Source of the DNA: an uncultured Chloroflexia bacterium
GTDB lineage: Bacteria > Chloroflexota > Anaerolineae > Anaerolineales > Anaerolineaceae
Direction of reading: 5' to 3'
DNA length: 64,000 bases
Assembly (NCBI GenBank): GCA_963715915.1
Contig: CAVQSU010000006.1
Location: 50,254 to 114,253, forward strand
Part shown: piece after piece, positions 37,989 to 52,710 of the stretch
Layout of the letters: every line of letters begins with the position of its first letter
Numbering within the stretch: position 1 is the first letter of the stretch
The notes under the pieces: model-generated
What the model saw: only the letters and a program-made list of their open reading frames with translations
What the model was told of the DNA's origin: nothing
The model's database searches: none
Position numbers and translations under genes: made by a program

Positions 37989-38017
37989 TTGACAGAATAA
38001 CAACTGCTGAGTAGAAT
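37989..38017 (+). promoter_or_regulatory. rRNA operon promoter
   Basis: TTGACA (37989-37994), a 17-nt spacer, then TAGAAT (38012-38017). It lies about 130 nt upstream of the mature 16S 5' end. Confidence 0.6.
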
Positions 38018-38146
38018 CGGCAAGCCTTAAAAAAGTACAGCACCTTAACAACTGAAGAGTGATAGGAAAGACGAAGAACCTGTTAATTTTTAATCCGCGA
38101 AGAAAAGAATAAACCGAAACACCTCGTAAGAGGTGATAAAAGATAT

Positions 38147-39656
<1,510 letters not shown>

Positions 39657-39776
39657 AGGTAGTGGTTTTGTACTGAGGTACGAGACTAAAGAAAAGCCTC
39701 ATGCGGTGCAGAGGCGAAAGAATTAGTAGAAGAAACGGATTTCCTATCACTTCTCAGTTGCTAAGGGCTGACAGAA

Positions 39777-39850
39777 GGGCCTTTAGCTCAGTTGGTTAGA
39801 GCGCGCCTCTGATAAGGGCGAGGTCTCAGGTTCGAGCCCTGAAAGGCCCA
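39777..39850 (+). tRNA. tRNA-Ile (anticodon GAU) in the 16S-23S spacer
   Basis: The sequence is GGGCCTTTAGCTCAGTTGGTTAGAGCGCGCCTCTGATAAGGGCGAGGTCTCAGGTTCGAGCCCTGAAAGGCCCA. The acceptor stem is GGGCCTT/AAGGCCC and the anticodon loop is CTGATAA. CCA is not encoded. Confidence 0.92.
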
Positions 39851-40087
39851 CTTGATACCTCAACCAGAACCTTGAAATCAAAATACGGAAGAATTCTCCT
39901 CCCCCTAGTGTGACTGATTAATGAATGAGCCATAGTGAGCGTAGGAGAAACTACGTACAGCACCTTAATAATCGAATAGAATATGTGTAGGCCAAAAGCA
40001 TCTACAAAAGAAAGAAATGAGAACGAAAGTAACCGAAAAAAAAGATGGAGAGCTGAAGAAGAAAGAAGAACGAGCTCTCCGCATTAC

Positions 40088-43060
<2,973 letters not shown>

Positions 43061-43121
43061 TAATGCGGAGAACTGGTTCTTTTTTCTGAAGGACTACACA
43101 ATTCTATTTGAAAGAAAAGTT

Positions 43122-43240
43122 TCTTGGTGATAGGAGCGACAGTGGTACACCCGGACACATCTCGAACCCGGAAGTTAAGGCTGTTAGCGCCGATGGTACT
43201 TGGGGGGCGACCCCCCGGGAGAGTAGGTCATTGCCAAGAA
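43122..43240 (+). rRNA. rrf: 5S ribosomal RNA
   Basis: Terminal helix TCTTGGTGA.../...CATTGCCAAGA. The internal sequence CCCGGAAGTTAAG...GAGAGTAGG is typical of 5S. Confidence 0.9.
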
Positions 43241-43262
43241 ACTTTTTTTAATTCTGTCAAAT

Positions 43263-43304
43263 AAAAAAGAATTTCCTTCAATATTGAAGCGAAATTCTTT
43301 TTTA
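43263..43304. terminator. Bidirectional terminator after the rRNA operon
   Basis: AAAAAAGAATTTC-CTTCAAtaTTGAAG-c-GAAATTCTTTTTT, an extended hairpin flanked by A and T runs. Confidence 0.62.
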
Positions 43305-43322
43305 TTATAATTTGGAAAAAAA

Positions 43323-43862
43323 TTACATTTCTTCTCTGAAGATTAATCCATACTTCTTTCGGGCTGCTAACCACGCTTTTCTTAGTAATTCGTAGACTTC
43401 TTGCGGATCATGGATATTGCGAAGAACAACGGAGGGCGAAGATTGATCTGCGCCTTTGATGAAAATATCTCCAATTCCCAGAATACGTTCGCTTACGTTT
43501 TGAACAATATCAATATCCTGCACCCGGATAAGTTCGAAATTTTCAATATCTTTTCCAATTAACCCTTTAATAATCTTGATTCTTTCATTCGTCAGGGTGT
43601 AATTTTCAACCAGTGATAAGAATGGTCGGCCTTCCCATATTATAATTTCTTCTTCTTCCAATTCAACAGCAGGTTTGGCTACAGCCATTGGTTTGGATAC
43701 ATCTTCTAATAGTTCATTAACCGTTACCAATAGATTGTCTGCTAAGTGATCGACAAATTTGTTTTGTTGATCCATAGGTATTGAATTTATGGGTAAACCA
43801 CTTTGGGCAATGGCCTTCCAGATACTGCTTTTTACTTTTGCTTGATATGTATCGATTGACAT
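43323..43862 (-). CDS. Hypothetical protein with a C-terminal bacterial PH (YdbS/bPH_2-like) domain
   Basis: IIWEGRPFLSLV.NYTLTNERIKIIKGLIGKDIENFELIRVQDIDIVQN..ERILGIGDI is characteristic of bPH_2 domains. No TM segment is obvious. Confidence 0.5.
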   Translation of the reverse strand: MSIDTYQAKVKSSIWKAIAQSGLPINSIPMDQQNKFVDHLADNLLVTVNELLEDVSKPMAVAKPAVELEEEEIIIWEGRPFLSLVENYTLTNERIKIIKGLIGKDIENFELIRVQDIDIVQNVSERILGIGDIFIKGADQSSPSVVLRNIHDPQEVYELLRKAWLAARKKYGLIFREEM

Positions 43863-43954
43863 TCTGGCTCTCCTGAAAAATTAGGTTTTATTTAGGAATT
43901 TATGCATTTGATTAAAATTAATCATACTTCAATCTATTGAAGATGATTATTAAT

Positions 43955-44704
43955 TTATAGGCGGAAAGTCCATATATCATTCTTGAAACGTTCTTTGACC
44001 AGTTCATGCGCACGGGACTTTTCCTGATCTGAATAATCTCCAAATGCAATTTCGCGATTTCTTTTGAAGCCCATCACCAACGCTTTTTGTAATTCTTCCA
44101 TGCTGGCACCGGTTTGGTCGACAACACTGGTCACTCGTTTCTGGACACTTTTGATTAATTTATCGGAGATCTTTTGATCACTTACATTTAACAAGCTAAA
44201 CATTTTCTCAACATCAACGCTGTAAAGAATGGTGCCATGCTGTAGAAGAATCCCATTGCGACGGGTTTGGGCATTGCCGGAAATCTTTTGTTCATTAACA
44301 AGAATGTCGTTGATCGGGGCGAATACTGCATCAATCCCCAATTGCTTCAATGCGAATACGATATCATCGCAAATCAAGCGATACAATTCAATAATATTGG
44401 TTGGAAACATATCCAATGGCGCAATCAGACTATAGGTCACTTCTCCGAAACGGTCATGATACACCGCACCACCACCGGTTAATCGCCGGACAACATCCAC
44501 ACCTGCATTTTTGGTGGCATCCAGATTGACTTCATTCCTGACCCCCTGAAAGACGCCAATGGAAACAGCGGATGGATCCCAGCCATAAAATCGTATAGTC
44601 GGTTGGGAGATTCCTTTGCGCACAAATTCCATAATGGCTTCATCCAATGCCATATTTGTGAAAGCGTTAAAATATTGAAAAGTGATCATGCGGAATTTCT
44701 TCAT
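43955..44704 (-). CDS. lplA: Lipoate-protein ligase A catalytic (N-terminal) domain protein
   Basis: BPL/LPL catalytic-domain motifs are present (NMALDEAI, TIRFYGWDPSAVSIG.FQ, RRLTGGGAVYHD, KISGNAQ). At 249 aa it lacks the LplA C-terminal domain. Confidence 0.8.
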   Translation of the reverse strand: MKKFRMITFQYFNAFTNMALDEAIMEFVRKGISQPTIRFYGWDPSAVSIGVFQGVRNEVNLDATKNAGVDVVRRLTGGGAVYHDRFGEVTYSLIAPLDMFPTNIIELYRLICDDIVFALKQLGIDAVFAPINDILVNEQKISGNAQTRRNGILLQHGTILYSVDVEKMFSLLNVSDQKISDKLIKSVQKRVTSVVDQTGASMEELQKALVMGFKRNREIAFGDYSDQEKSRAHELVKERFKNDIWTFRL

Positions 44705-44982
44705 TGGGTCGCCTCTTCCAGAGTATTGATTATATCTTCCACAGTGATTCCAATCATTTCAGCCTCATTGCTGTACAGAATGTATCTTGTTTTCCTGAGC
44801 AATACATCTTTTTGAATTGGGACATCAACACCAGTCAATTCTAAAACGATTTCATCAAGTGTTTCTTCCGGATGTAAGAAAAAATCACCGGTAATTTTCA
44901 GACTCTCAATATGATCTGCGTAGGTTACATCCAGACGCAGCATTTTTCCGAATTTCCGGGTGATGGAATTTGTTTTCATCAT
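44701..44982 (-). CDS. Stand-alone lipoate-protein ligase C-terminal domain protein (LplB-like)
   Basis: A 93-aa protein. The segment [26 protein letters not shown] resembles the LplA C-terminal domain. It overlaps lplA by 4 nt and lipA by 4 nt. Confidence 0.62.
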   Translation of the reverse strand: MMKTNSITRKFGKMLRLDVTYADHIESLKITGDFFLHPEETLDEIVLELTGVDVPIQKDVLLRKTRYILYSNEAEMIGITVEDIINTLEEATQ

Positions 44983-45923
44983 TCGCTTTCAGTTGAGTAC
45001 AAAGATTTGTGGACATTGCTTAATGCCCGTACTTGCTCATAGGCGTGGTAGGAAGAACGTACCAGAGGAGCGCTTTCGACCCAACGGAATCCGAGATCAT
45101 ACCCATATTCTTTTAGTTCCTGGAATTCTTCCAGGGTGTAGTAGCGCATGATGGGTAAATGCTGGCGGCTGGGCTGCAGGTATTGCCCGATGGTGAGGAT
45201 GTCCACCTGCCAGGAGCGTAAATCGCGCATCACGGCTTTCACTTCTTCCATCTCCTCACCTAATCCCAACATGATTCCGGATTTGGTGAGCACGTCCTGG
45301 TTCATTTTTTTTGCGTTTTCCAGAATGGTTTGTGACCATTCATATCGATCCTGCGGTTGTACTTGTTTGAATAATCGCGGAACAGTTTCTACATTGTGAT
45401 TTAAGATTTCAGGTCTGGCATCCATCACAATTTTAAGCGCATCCAGACTGCCTTTGAAATCTGGAATCAGAACCTCAATGGAGCATCCTGGTTGATATTG
45501 ACGGATTTTTTCGATGATCATGGAGAAAATTGGAGCACCACCATCTTTTCTGTCATCCCGATTGACGCTGGTAATGACAGCATGTTTTAAATCCATTGAT
45601 TTGACAGCCAGTGCGACCCGTTCTGGTTCGTCCCAATCGACAGCCAGCGGTTTTCCTCGTTTTACATCACAGAAACCGCAGGTTCGGGTACACACATCAC
45701 CGAGGACAAGAAATGTGGCTGTGCCACTACCCCAACATTCACCCATATTTGGGCATTTAGCTTCCTCACACACCGTATGCAGCTCTTTTCGGCGCATTAA
45801 ACCTTTGAGCCAATCATAAGTTTCGCCACTGGGTTGTTCAACTTTAATCCAGGATGGCCGGCGTAATGGGGTGGTATCTAATTTTTGGGGATCAACACGA
45901 TTACGAGTAGGTTTAAATGTCAT
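44979..45923 (-). CDS. lipA: Lipoyl synthase
   Basis: Contains [12 protein letters not shown], the radical SAM motif CTRTCGFC, and C-terminal SSYHA. Confidence 0.95.
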   Translation of the reverse strand: MTFKPTRNRVDPQKLDTTPLRRPSWIKVEQPSGETYDWLKGLMRRKELHTVCEEAKCPNMGECWGSGTATFLVLGDVCTRTCGFCDVKRGKPLAVDWDEPERVALAVKSMDLKHAVITSVNRDDRKDGGAPIFSMIIEKIRQYQPGCSIEVLIPDFKGSLDALKIVMDARPEILNHNVETVPRLFKQVQPQDRYEWSQTILENAKKMNQDVLTKSGIMLGLGEEMEEVKAVMRDLRSWQVDILTIGQYLQPSRQHLPIMRYYTLEEFQELKEYGYDLGFRWVESAPLVRSSYHAYEQVRALSNVHKSLYSTESE

Positions 45924-46039
45924 GAAGTTATTATAATGATACTAAACCTGATGTCAATATAAGTTGATAAATATTGTCGAAATTTTGATACCAATCCAGA
46001 AAAATTTTGTTGATAAAGAAATAATTAGTGAGAGGAACG

Positions 46040-46480
46040 ATGAACGATAAAACGGAATTATATGATGTAATCATGGAAAATTATTTACTGCTTGTTGAAA
46101 GTGACCGACAATTTTTTGCTCGCTTCCAGTTAAGTCAGGTACGCTATTTTACCCTCTTTCATATTTGGCAAAATCCAGGTATTTCATTAACAGAGTTGAG
46201 TAAAAAATTATTATGTACCAAAGGGAATGCAACACGAATCGTTCAAGGGATGGCATCAGAAGAACTACTCAGTATTTTTAAAGACCGTGAAGATCAACGA
46301 GCAATGAATATCTTTCTTACAGAAAAAGGGAAAGAAAAATATTCTCAGGTAAAAAATGAATTTGAGACATTTAATCAACGAAGATTTTCCTTTGTGAATG
46401 TCAATAATGAAAAATTGATTGAATTAATGACTGCTCTCAAAACCGGTTTGGAAAATAACCTGAATACTATTGACAGGTAA
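46040..46480 (+). CDS. MarR-family transcriptional regulator
   Basis: Winged-HTH MarR pattern (LSQVRYFTLFHIWQNPGISLTELSKKLLCTKGNATRIVQGM...DREDQRAMNIFLTEKG). I set the start at ATG 46040, after GAGAGG. Confidence 0.8.
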   Translation: MNDKTELYDVIMENYLLLVESDRQFFARFQLSQVRYFTLFHIWQNPGISLTELSKKLLCTKGNATRIVQGMASEELLSIFKDREDQRAMNIFLTEKGKEKYSQVKNEFETFNQRRFSFVNVNNEKLIELMTALKTGLENNLNTIDR

Positions 46481-46493
46481 GAAACTATCTGTA

Positions 46494-46523
46494 ATAATTA
46501 GTTGATATATCAACTAATTATTG
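46494..46523. promoter_or_regulatory. Perfect 30-bp palindrome, candidate MarR operator
   Basis: AATAATTAGTTGATA|TATCAACTAATTATT lies between the marR stop and the GH13 RBS (GAGGAG). The arm segment AATAATTAGT recurs at 46020-46029 at the marR RBS, and GTTGATA recurs at 45963 and 46009. Confidence 0.5.
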
Positions 46524-46536
46524 AGGAGCTGAAATC

Positions 46537-48394
46537 TTGAATCTTGCAGCTGTTTATCACGAAGCCAGAAGTAAATATGCTTATATGTTTGACCGTAAAA
46601 CGTTACATCTCAGGTTGCGAACTGCTCGTGGAGATGTTCCTTCGGTAACCCTGGTGGGTGGGGATCCATTCCGATGGATTCAATCCAAAGAAGATCCCAC
46701 TCATTGGGAATGGGATAAAACCGCTGCTTTCTTTGAACCTATGCACCTGGAATATCAGACAGTCTTGCATGATTACTGGTTTGTAGCTGTTCAACCGCAA
46801 TGGAAACGCATTCGCTATGCTTTTATTCTGGAAAAAGGGGATCAAAAGATTCTGTATGGCAGTCGCTCTTTTTACGATCTCCATCAGCAACCGGATGCAC
46901 AATTTGAAACCAGTTATTATTTCAATTTCCCATTTCTTAATCAGGAGGATCTGTTCCAACCACCTTCATGGGTGAGAGATACCATCTGGTATCAAATCTT
47001 TCCGGAGCGCTATTCAGATGGTGATTCAAGTAACAATCCTGAAAATAGTTTGCCGTGGGGTAGCGAAGAGGATACCATCTACAAATTCTATGGTGGCGAT
47101 TTGCAGGGTGTGATTGACCATCTGGATGAGCTAGCTGAATTTGGCATTAACGGGATTTACTTTACGCCAATCTTCGAATCACCTTCCTCGCACAAATACG
47201 ATACCACCAATTACTACAAAATTGATCCTGCTTTTGGAACCAACGAGTTGTTTGGCGAGCTGATGGAAAAAGCGCATCAAAAAGGAATTCGAGTAATGCT
47301 GGATGCCGTCTTTAACCATTGTGGCTGGTTTCATCCCTTCTGGCAGGATGTGGTAAAACACGGTCGTGAATCCAGATATTATGATTGCTTCTTCATCGAG
47401 CGCGATCCGGTGATCAATTTTGAAGTCGAGGAAGGAAAAATCCCAAAAATAAGCTTTGATGAACGAGGGTATCTCAATTACGCGACCTTTGCTTTTACGC
47501 CTTTAATGCCAAAATGGAATACCGATCATCCATTGGTGAAAGAGCATTTATTAGGCGCAATCCGATATTGGACTGAAACTTACATGTAGATGGTTGGCGT
47601 CTGGATGTCTCCAATGAGGTGCCGCATGCTTTCTGGCGCGAGTTTCGGCAGATTTTGAAGCAGATCAATCCGGAGATTTATATTCTGGGAGAAAATTGGG
47701 ATAACTCATACCCCTGGTTGATGGGCGATCAATTTGATGGCGTCATGAATTATGAATTAACCTATCCGATCTGGTCTCTGTTGGGTGAATCTGATCGCGT
47801 GAAACAAAAGTATGATGTAGTTCAATACCAGGAAGCTATTAACCAGCTGTTAGCTAATTATCCCAAACACAACTTACCGGCTATGTATAATTTGATCGAT
47901 AGCCATGATACGCCACGGATTATGAGTATTTGTGGTGATAATGTCGATAAAGTAAAGCTTGCGTATTTGATTACAATTTACCTTCGCCGGTGCACCCAGC
48001 GTTTATTATGGCAGCGAGGTCGGGTTAGCCGGACCGGAAGGTCACAACCGCCGTTGCATGTCCTGGGAAGTATCTCAGCAGGATCTGGACTTACGATCGT
48101 TTGTGAAGCATTTGATTCATCTTCGAAAAAAATATCCCGTTTTTGGTGAAGTTGATCTGAAATGGTTGCTTGTGGAAACAAAACAACATGCATTTATTTA
48201 TAAAAAAGAAAATGATGCTTCTAACATCGTAGTGATGGTTAATACCAACCAAAAATCGGTTGTTTTAGATCTGCCTGATTCTTATGAAATACCAGGAATT
48301 TGTAGACGGATGGACTGGTGATCAAGTTAAATTGGGTTCTGAAATTAAATTGGATAAACTTGGGTATAAGATTTTTCTGAAGACCTATCGATAA
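46537..48394 (+). pseudogene. GH13 alpha-amylase family enzyme (neopullulanase/cyclomaltodextrinase-like) with three frameshifts
   Basis: Conserved GH13 regions are split over frames. The pieces are ...IRYWTE | HVDGWRLDVSNEVPHAFWREF (shift near 47580), ...KVKLAYLI | QFTFAGAPSVYYGSEVG (near 47973) and ...DSYEI | QEFVDGWTGDQVKL...KIFLKTYR* (near 48291). Confidence 0.82.
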
Positions 48395-48404
48395 TACGTA
48401 AAGC

Positions 48405-48436
48405 AAAAAATCCCAGACGATCTACCTGGGATTTTT
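48405..48436 (+). terminator. Intrinsic terminator after the GH13 gene
   Basis: AAAAAATCCCAG-acgatctac-CTGGGATTTTT. Confidence 0.65.
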
Positions 48437-48496
48437 AATTTCTGATAAGGAAATTAATATTTCGTTATAATCTAAGTAGACCTTCGGAATTATAAA

Positions 48497-49133
48497 ATGA
48501 GCATTATTTACCAACTTTCCTCCCAACAAAAAGACCGCAGTGAGAAGGGAAATCGCATTGTTGCTGCAAAAGTTATGGATAGCCCAGACCTAATCCATGA
48601 AATCATTGCGTGTTTCAATAGCAATGATAATGCTTTACTGGGTGATTGTGTTGAGGTCTGTACAATGGTAGCAGAAAATGATTCTGAATTAATTGCTCAC
48701 CATTTTCAGATAAGATCATCGAATTGGCTGGTCACAAAAATACTCGGGTAAGATGGGAAGCCATGCACGCAATTGCGTTAATTACTCCTAATAAACCGGA
48801 TAGGTGTCATCCATCATTGGGATCAACTTCATAATCTTTTCCATCATGATAAAAGTGTCATCGTCAGAGATTCCATTGTTGTCTGTGCAGGAAATTTAGC
48901 AGCTTACGATCCAATCTTATGCTGAAAAGGTTTATTCATTTTTGATAGAAGCTTTAAGTGCTTATCAAACCCACCATGCAAAATTAGCTCTGGAGGGATT
49001 AACAAAAGCGTTGTCAAACTTAAATTCCAGGCTGGATGAAATTGCTGAGCTTGCGGAACTATTAGAACAGCATCCCAAACCATCCATCAAAAAAGCCGCT
49101 CAACAACTTAAAAAGCGGCTTTATGAATTGTAG
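48497..49133 (+). pseudogene. HEAT/armadillo-like repeat protein with about three frameshifts
   Basis: A continuous helical-repeat protein is recovered only by frame changes near 48705 (a T-run), 48802 and 48911. The pieces are ...LIAHHF | DKIIELAGHKNTRVRWEAMHAIALITPNKPD | GVIHHWDQLHNLFHHDKSVIVRDSIVVCAGNLAAYD | QSYAEKVYSFLIEALSAYQTHHAKL... Confidence 0.45.
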
Positions 49134-49156
49134 ATTTTAAATTTTTATCTCATAGG

Positions 49157-50121
49157 TTAATAAATCTCTGGATTGACCGAAAAGGGTAATCGCTCTCCTC
49201 TTAGCCCAGCTAAAAGGTTTCTTGCGGCGATCAAAGCCATATTTTCGCGGGTGCTGGTGCTGGCACTGGCAATATGCGGGCAAATGATTAAATTCTCCAG
49301 CTCCAACAAGGGACTATCCATGGGTAAGGGCTCAGGGTCGGAAACATCGATGCCGGCAGCAAAAATCCTGTGATTCTTAAGCGCATCGTAGAGCGCTTCC
49401 TGATCAACAATCTCTCCTCTGGCAGTATTCACCAGAACTGCATTGGGTTTCATCTTGCCAAACGCATCTGCGTTGATTAAATATTTTGTTTCAGGGGTCA
49501 GTGGTGTATGGATTGAGATGAAATCGGATTCGCGATAGAGTGTGTCCAGATCAACCTTGATAATTCCCGCCATCGGTTGGGCTGTGGGATCATTGATCAG
49601 AATGCGCATGCCAAAACCAGTTGCTCTGCGCGCCATCGCTTTGCCAATGCGACCAAAACCGATGATTCCCAGTGTAGCGCCAGCAAAGTCAACCCCCAAT
49701 AATGTGGATGGGCCCCAGGTTTTCCATTTTCCAGCCCGAACATGCTTTACAGCCTCCACCACCCTGCGTCCAGCACTCATCATCAGAGCGAAGGCAAAAT
49801 CGGCAGTGGCTTCGGTTAACACTCCGGGGGTGTTACCTACAGCAATTTTTCTAGGGTGGCTTCCTGAATATTAATGTTGTTGTATCCAACCGCATAGTTG
49901 CTGATAACTTTTAACTTCTCGCCAGCTGTCTGAATGACTTCTGCATCGATTGGGTCTGATAATAAAGATAGGATACCATCCACACCAGGTACATGTTCCA
50001 GGAGTTCCTCTTTACTGGGCGGGAGATCCTGGTCCCACAAATCAACTTCACATTCTTCATAGATCAGGTTCAAGCCTGCATCCGGAATTCGACGGGTAAT
50101 AAATACTTTAGGTTTACTCAT
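49157..50121 (-). pseudogene. D-isomer-specific 2-hydroxyacid dehydrogenase (glyoxylate/hydroxypyruvate reductase-like), one homopolymer frameshift
   Basis: ORF 49837..50121 ends ...[13 protein letters not shown]. Adding one base to the A5 run (T-run 49846-49850 on the plus strand) restores ...[25 protein letters not shown]..., which joins ORF 49157..49822 ([21 protein letters not shown]). Confidence 0.82.
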
Positions 50122-50244
50122 ATGTTTTCCTTGGAATATTTTTCTTAACTATTTTTACCAGACAATGAAATTGTTATCAACATACAATGGAATTAAATGC
50201 AGTCTGACTTTGCTGAATTTCCAATCTTTGATATCATCATTTCA

Positions 50245-51573
50245 ATGATTAATCTTACAAGTTTCCAAACGACAACTTTATCACAACACCCTCAGGGTGA
50301 GAAAATTGCATCCATTCTTGCCGCAGCCATTGATGCGGTTGAGCCGGGAGAAGCGGTATCCCGTTTTGTTAACCGCGATCAGAATCGATTGGTCTGTGGA
50401 GATGAAATCTATAACCTCGATCATTATGAGCACGTATATCTGCTCGCTTTTGGCAAGGCAGCCATGCCGATGAGTGCTGCCCTGGTTGAGATTCTGGATG
50501 ATAAACTGACACAAGGTTGGGTAGTGCCGAAACACGTTTCGGGGGACCATGATCACAGGTTGATCATCCAGCCAGGCAGTCATCCACTACCAGACGAGAA
50601 TAGCCTGAAAGCCGGTGAGATGTTTTTATCCGCCGCAGCGTCTTTTACTGAAAAAGACCTGGTATTTTGCCTGATCTCGGGTGGCGGATCAGCATTGGTG
50701 ACAGCTCCTTATGCAGGCGTGTCGCTGGCAGATATGCGCGAGTTGACCCGTCAATTGCTGGCTTGTGGTGCCAGGATCGATGAGATTAATACCCTGCGGC
50801 GGCATTTGGATCGGATGAAAGGGGGAGGTTTGGCGAAACAAATCGCCCCGGCTCGATTGATCAGCTTGATCCTTTCGGATGTGGTCAACAGCCCACTGGA
50901 AGTGATAGCATCCGGTGCAACAGCTCCAGATCCTAGCACATTGAAGGATGTCTGGCGAATTCTGGGAAAGTATGATCTGGTCGAAAAGTTGCCAACAGGC
51001 ATCCTCAATCATTTGGGCAAAGTGATTGAAACCCCCAAACCAGGGGATGAATTGTTTGCGCGTATAAAAAATATTCTGGTGGGCAGTAATGAACTGGCTG
51101 CACAAGCAGCGGCACAAACAGCCCGTGATTTTGGTTTTAAGACCATTGATTTGGGTAATGCCTGGCAGGGAGAAGCACGGGAAGTGGCAAAAACGCTGGT
51201 GGGAAAAGTATTAGCCAGTGATCAGTCACCAATCTGCATGATCGCCGGCGGTGAAACCACTGTGACAATCCAGGGTTCGGGTAAGGGGGGACGTAATCAG
51301 GAACTGGCATTGGCAGCCGTTCCATTATTGGCTGGTGTACCCAATGTGATGCTGGTGACGCTGGCAACCGATGGAGAAGATGGTCCCACCGATGCGGCTG
51401 GCGCTGTTGTTACTGGAGAGACTGCCAGCCGTGCAAAAGCGCTGGGTTTGGATCCAGCTGAATACCTCACCAACAATGATGCATATCATTTCTTTGAACA
51501 ATTGGGAGATCTACTTAAGCCTGGACCAACCGGCACCAATGTCAACGATTTGACTTTCCTGTTTCGGTTTTAA
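50245..51573 (+). CDS. Glycerate 2-kinase (DUF4147/MOFRL family)
   Basis: The DUF4147 N-terminal domain reads FGKAA.PM...SGGGSAL. The MOFRL C-terminal domain reads GGETTVT..G.GKGGRNQE...LATDG.DGPTDAAGA. It is divergent from the hydroxypyruvate reductase-like gene. Confidence 0.85.
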   Translation: MINLTSFQTTTLSQHPQGEKIASILAAAIDAVEPGEAVSRFVNRDQNRLVCGDEIYNLDHYEHVYLLAFGKAAMPMSAALVEILDDKLTQGWVVPKHVSGDHDHRLIIQPGSHPLPDENSLKAGEMFLSAAASFTEKDLVFCLISGGGSALVTAPYAGVSLADMRELTRQLLACGARIDEINTLRRHLDRMKGGGLAKQIAPARLISLILSDVVNSPLEVIASGATAPDPSTLKDVWRILGKYDLVEKLPTGILNHLGKVIETPKPGDELFARIKNILVGSNELAAQAAAQTARDFGFKTIDLGNAWQGEAREVAKTLVGKVLASDQSPICMIAGGETTVTIQGSGKGGRNQELALAAVPLLAGVPNVMLVTLATDGEDGPTDAAGAVVTGETASRAKALGLDPAEYLTNNDAYHFFEQLGDLLKPGPTGTNVNDLTFLFRF

Positions 51574-51606
51574 GACTAATAAAATTCTATTCAGGAAGAT
51601 TGGAAT

Positions 51607-52701
51607 TCAACCCATACTTTTACTTATTTCCTGGACAATGGATTCCATCATTACCTGATGGGTTTCCATATCGGATGCCAGTTTGAATTGTGTGCGGCAT
51701 CGATTGAGATTCTGTTGGGGATAGTGAATGCGGAAGTACTGGTTGCCTTGCAAATAATCGCTCAGGAAGCGCATCCCAATTTCAATCGTAATTAACCAGG
51801 GACTGAGTGCCAGCCAGGATAACTCCTGCTCAGTTAAAATATCACCAGCGGCAGCCAGATAGCCTTGCGTGTAGGCTTTAAAGACTGGCATCTGAAAGAT
51901 CACCTTTTCCAGATTGGCTTCATCCTCTGCGCAAGGGTTCCCCATGGCGCGCAAGGCATCGCCAAAATCAAATAAAGCCGATCCGGGCATGATGGTATCC
52001 AGATCAATCAGACAGATGGCTTGATTCGTATCCAGGTCAAACAGGATATTATCCAGTTTGGTATCGTTATGGGTAACTCGCCAGGGAAGACGCTGTTCAT
52101 GTAATGCCTCCCAAAATAATCCGAATTGATCAGACCTTGTCAGGATGAATTCGATTTCCGGTTGCACTCCCTGAATTAGATCTGCGTCAGCAGTAGACAG
52201 TGCCTGAAGAAAATCCTGATAGCGTTTGGGAGTATTGTGGAAATCAGGGATGGATATGTTGAGGGAATGTACAGGGTAATCCTGTAATTGTTTCAAGAAA
52301 TCACCAGTCACTCTGCCAGCTTCATAAACCTGCCTTAAGTTCTGGGTGATCGTGGTTGAATAACAATTAGGAATACGTTCATACATTCGCCAGACAGATC
52401 CATCTGCAGCTTGATAGTAATTTTTTCCCAAAGATGTTGGAATCAGATTTAATTGTTTTTGAGCGGGATCTTTCTTTTGCAGGTATGAAGTGATTCGATA
52501 AATATTTTGCATTAATCCTTCAGGATCCGGGAAAACATGTGTATTGACTTTCTGAAGAATTGTAAGTGGATAGGTGGTGTGATTTGAGCGGATATACCAG
52601 CCATTGTGAATGTGTCCATCAGGAATGACTTCGGCTTGAAAAGCAACCGCTCCCAAAAATGGGGAAATTTGATGGATAAGATTTGGTTCAAACATCAGCA
52701 A
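51607..52701 (-). CDS. N-acetylhexosamine 1-kinase-like (NahK/APH-fold) kinase
   Basis: Strong resemblance by recall to Bifidobacterium NahK: VTHNDTKLDNILFD, IDLDTIMPGSALFDFGDALR, and MRFLSDYLQGNQYF..HYPQQNLNR.RTQFKL. Confidence 0.72.
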   Translation of the reverse strand: MLMFEPNLIHQISPFLGAVAFQAEVIPDGHIHNGWYIRSNHTTYPLTILQKVNTHVFPDPEGLMQNIYRITSYLQKKDPAQKQLNLIPTSLGKNYYQAADGSVWRMYERIPNCYSTTITQNLRQVYEAGRVTGDFLKQLQDYPVHSLNISIPDFHNTPKRYQDFLQALSTADADLIQGVQPEIEFILTRSDQFGLFWEALHEQRLPWRVTHNDTKLDNILFDLDTNQAICLIDLDTIMPGSALFDFGDALRAMGNPCAEDEANLEKVIFQMPVFKAYTQGYLAAAGDILTEQELSWLALSPWLITIEIGMRFLSDYLQGNQYFRIHYPQQNLNRCRTQFKLASDMETHQVMMESIVQEISKSMG

Positions 52702-52710
52702 TTGATTTCA

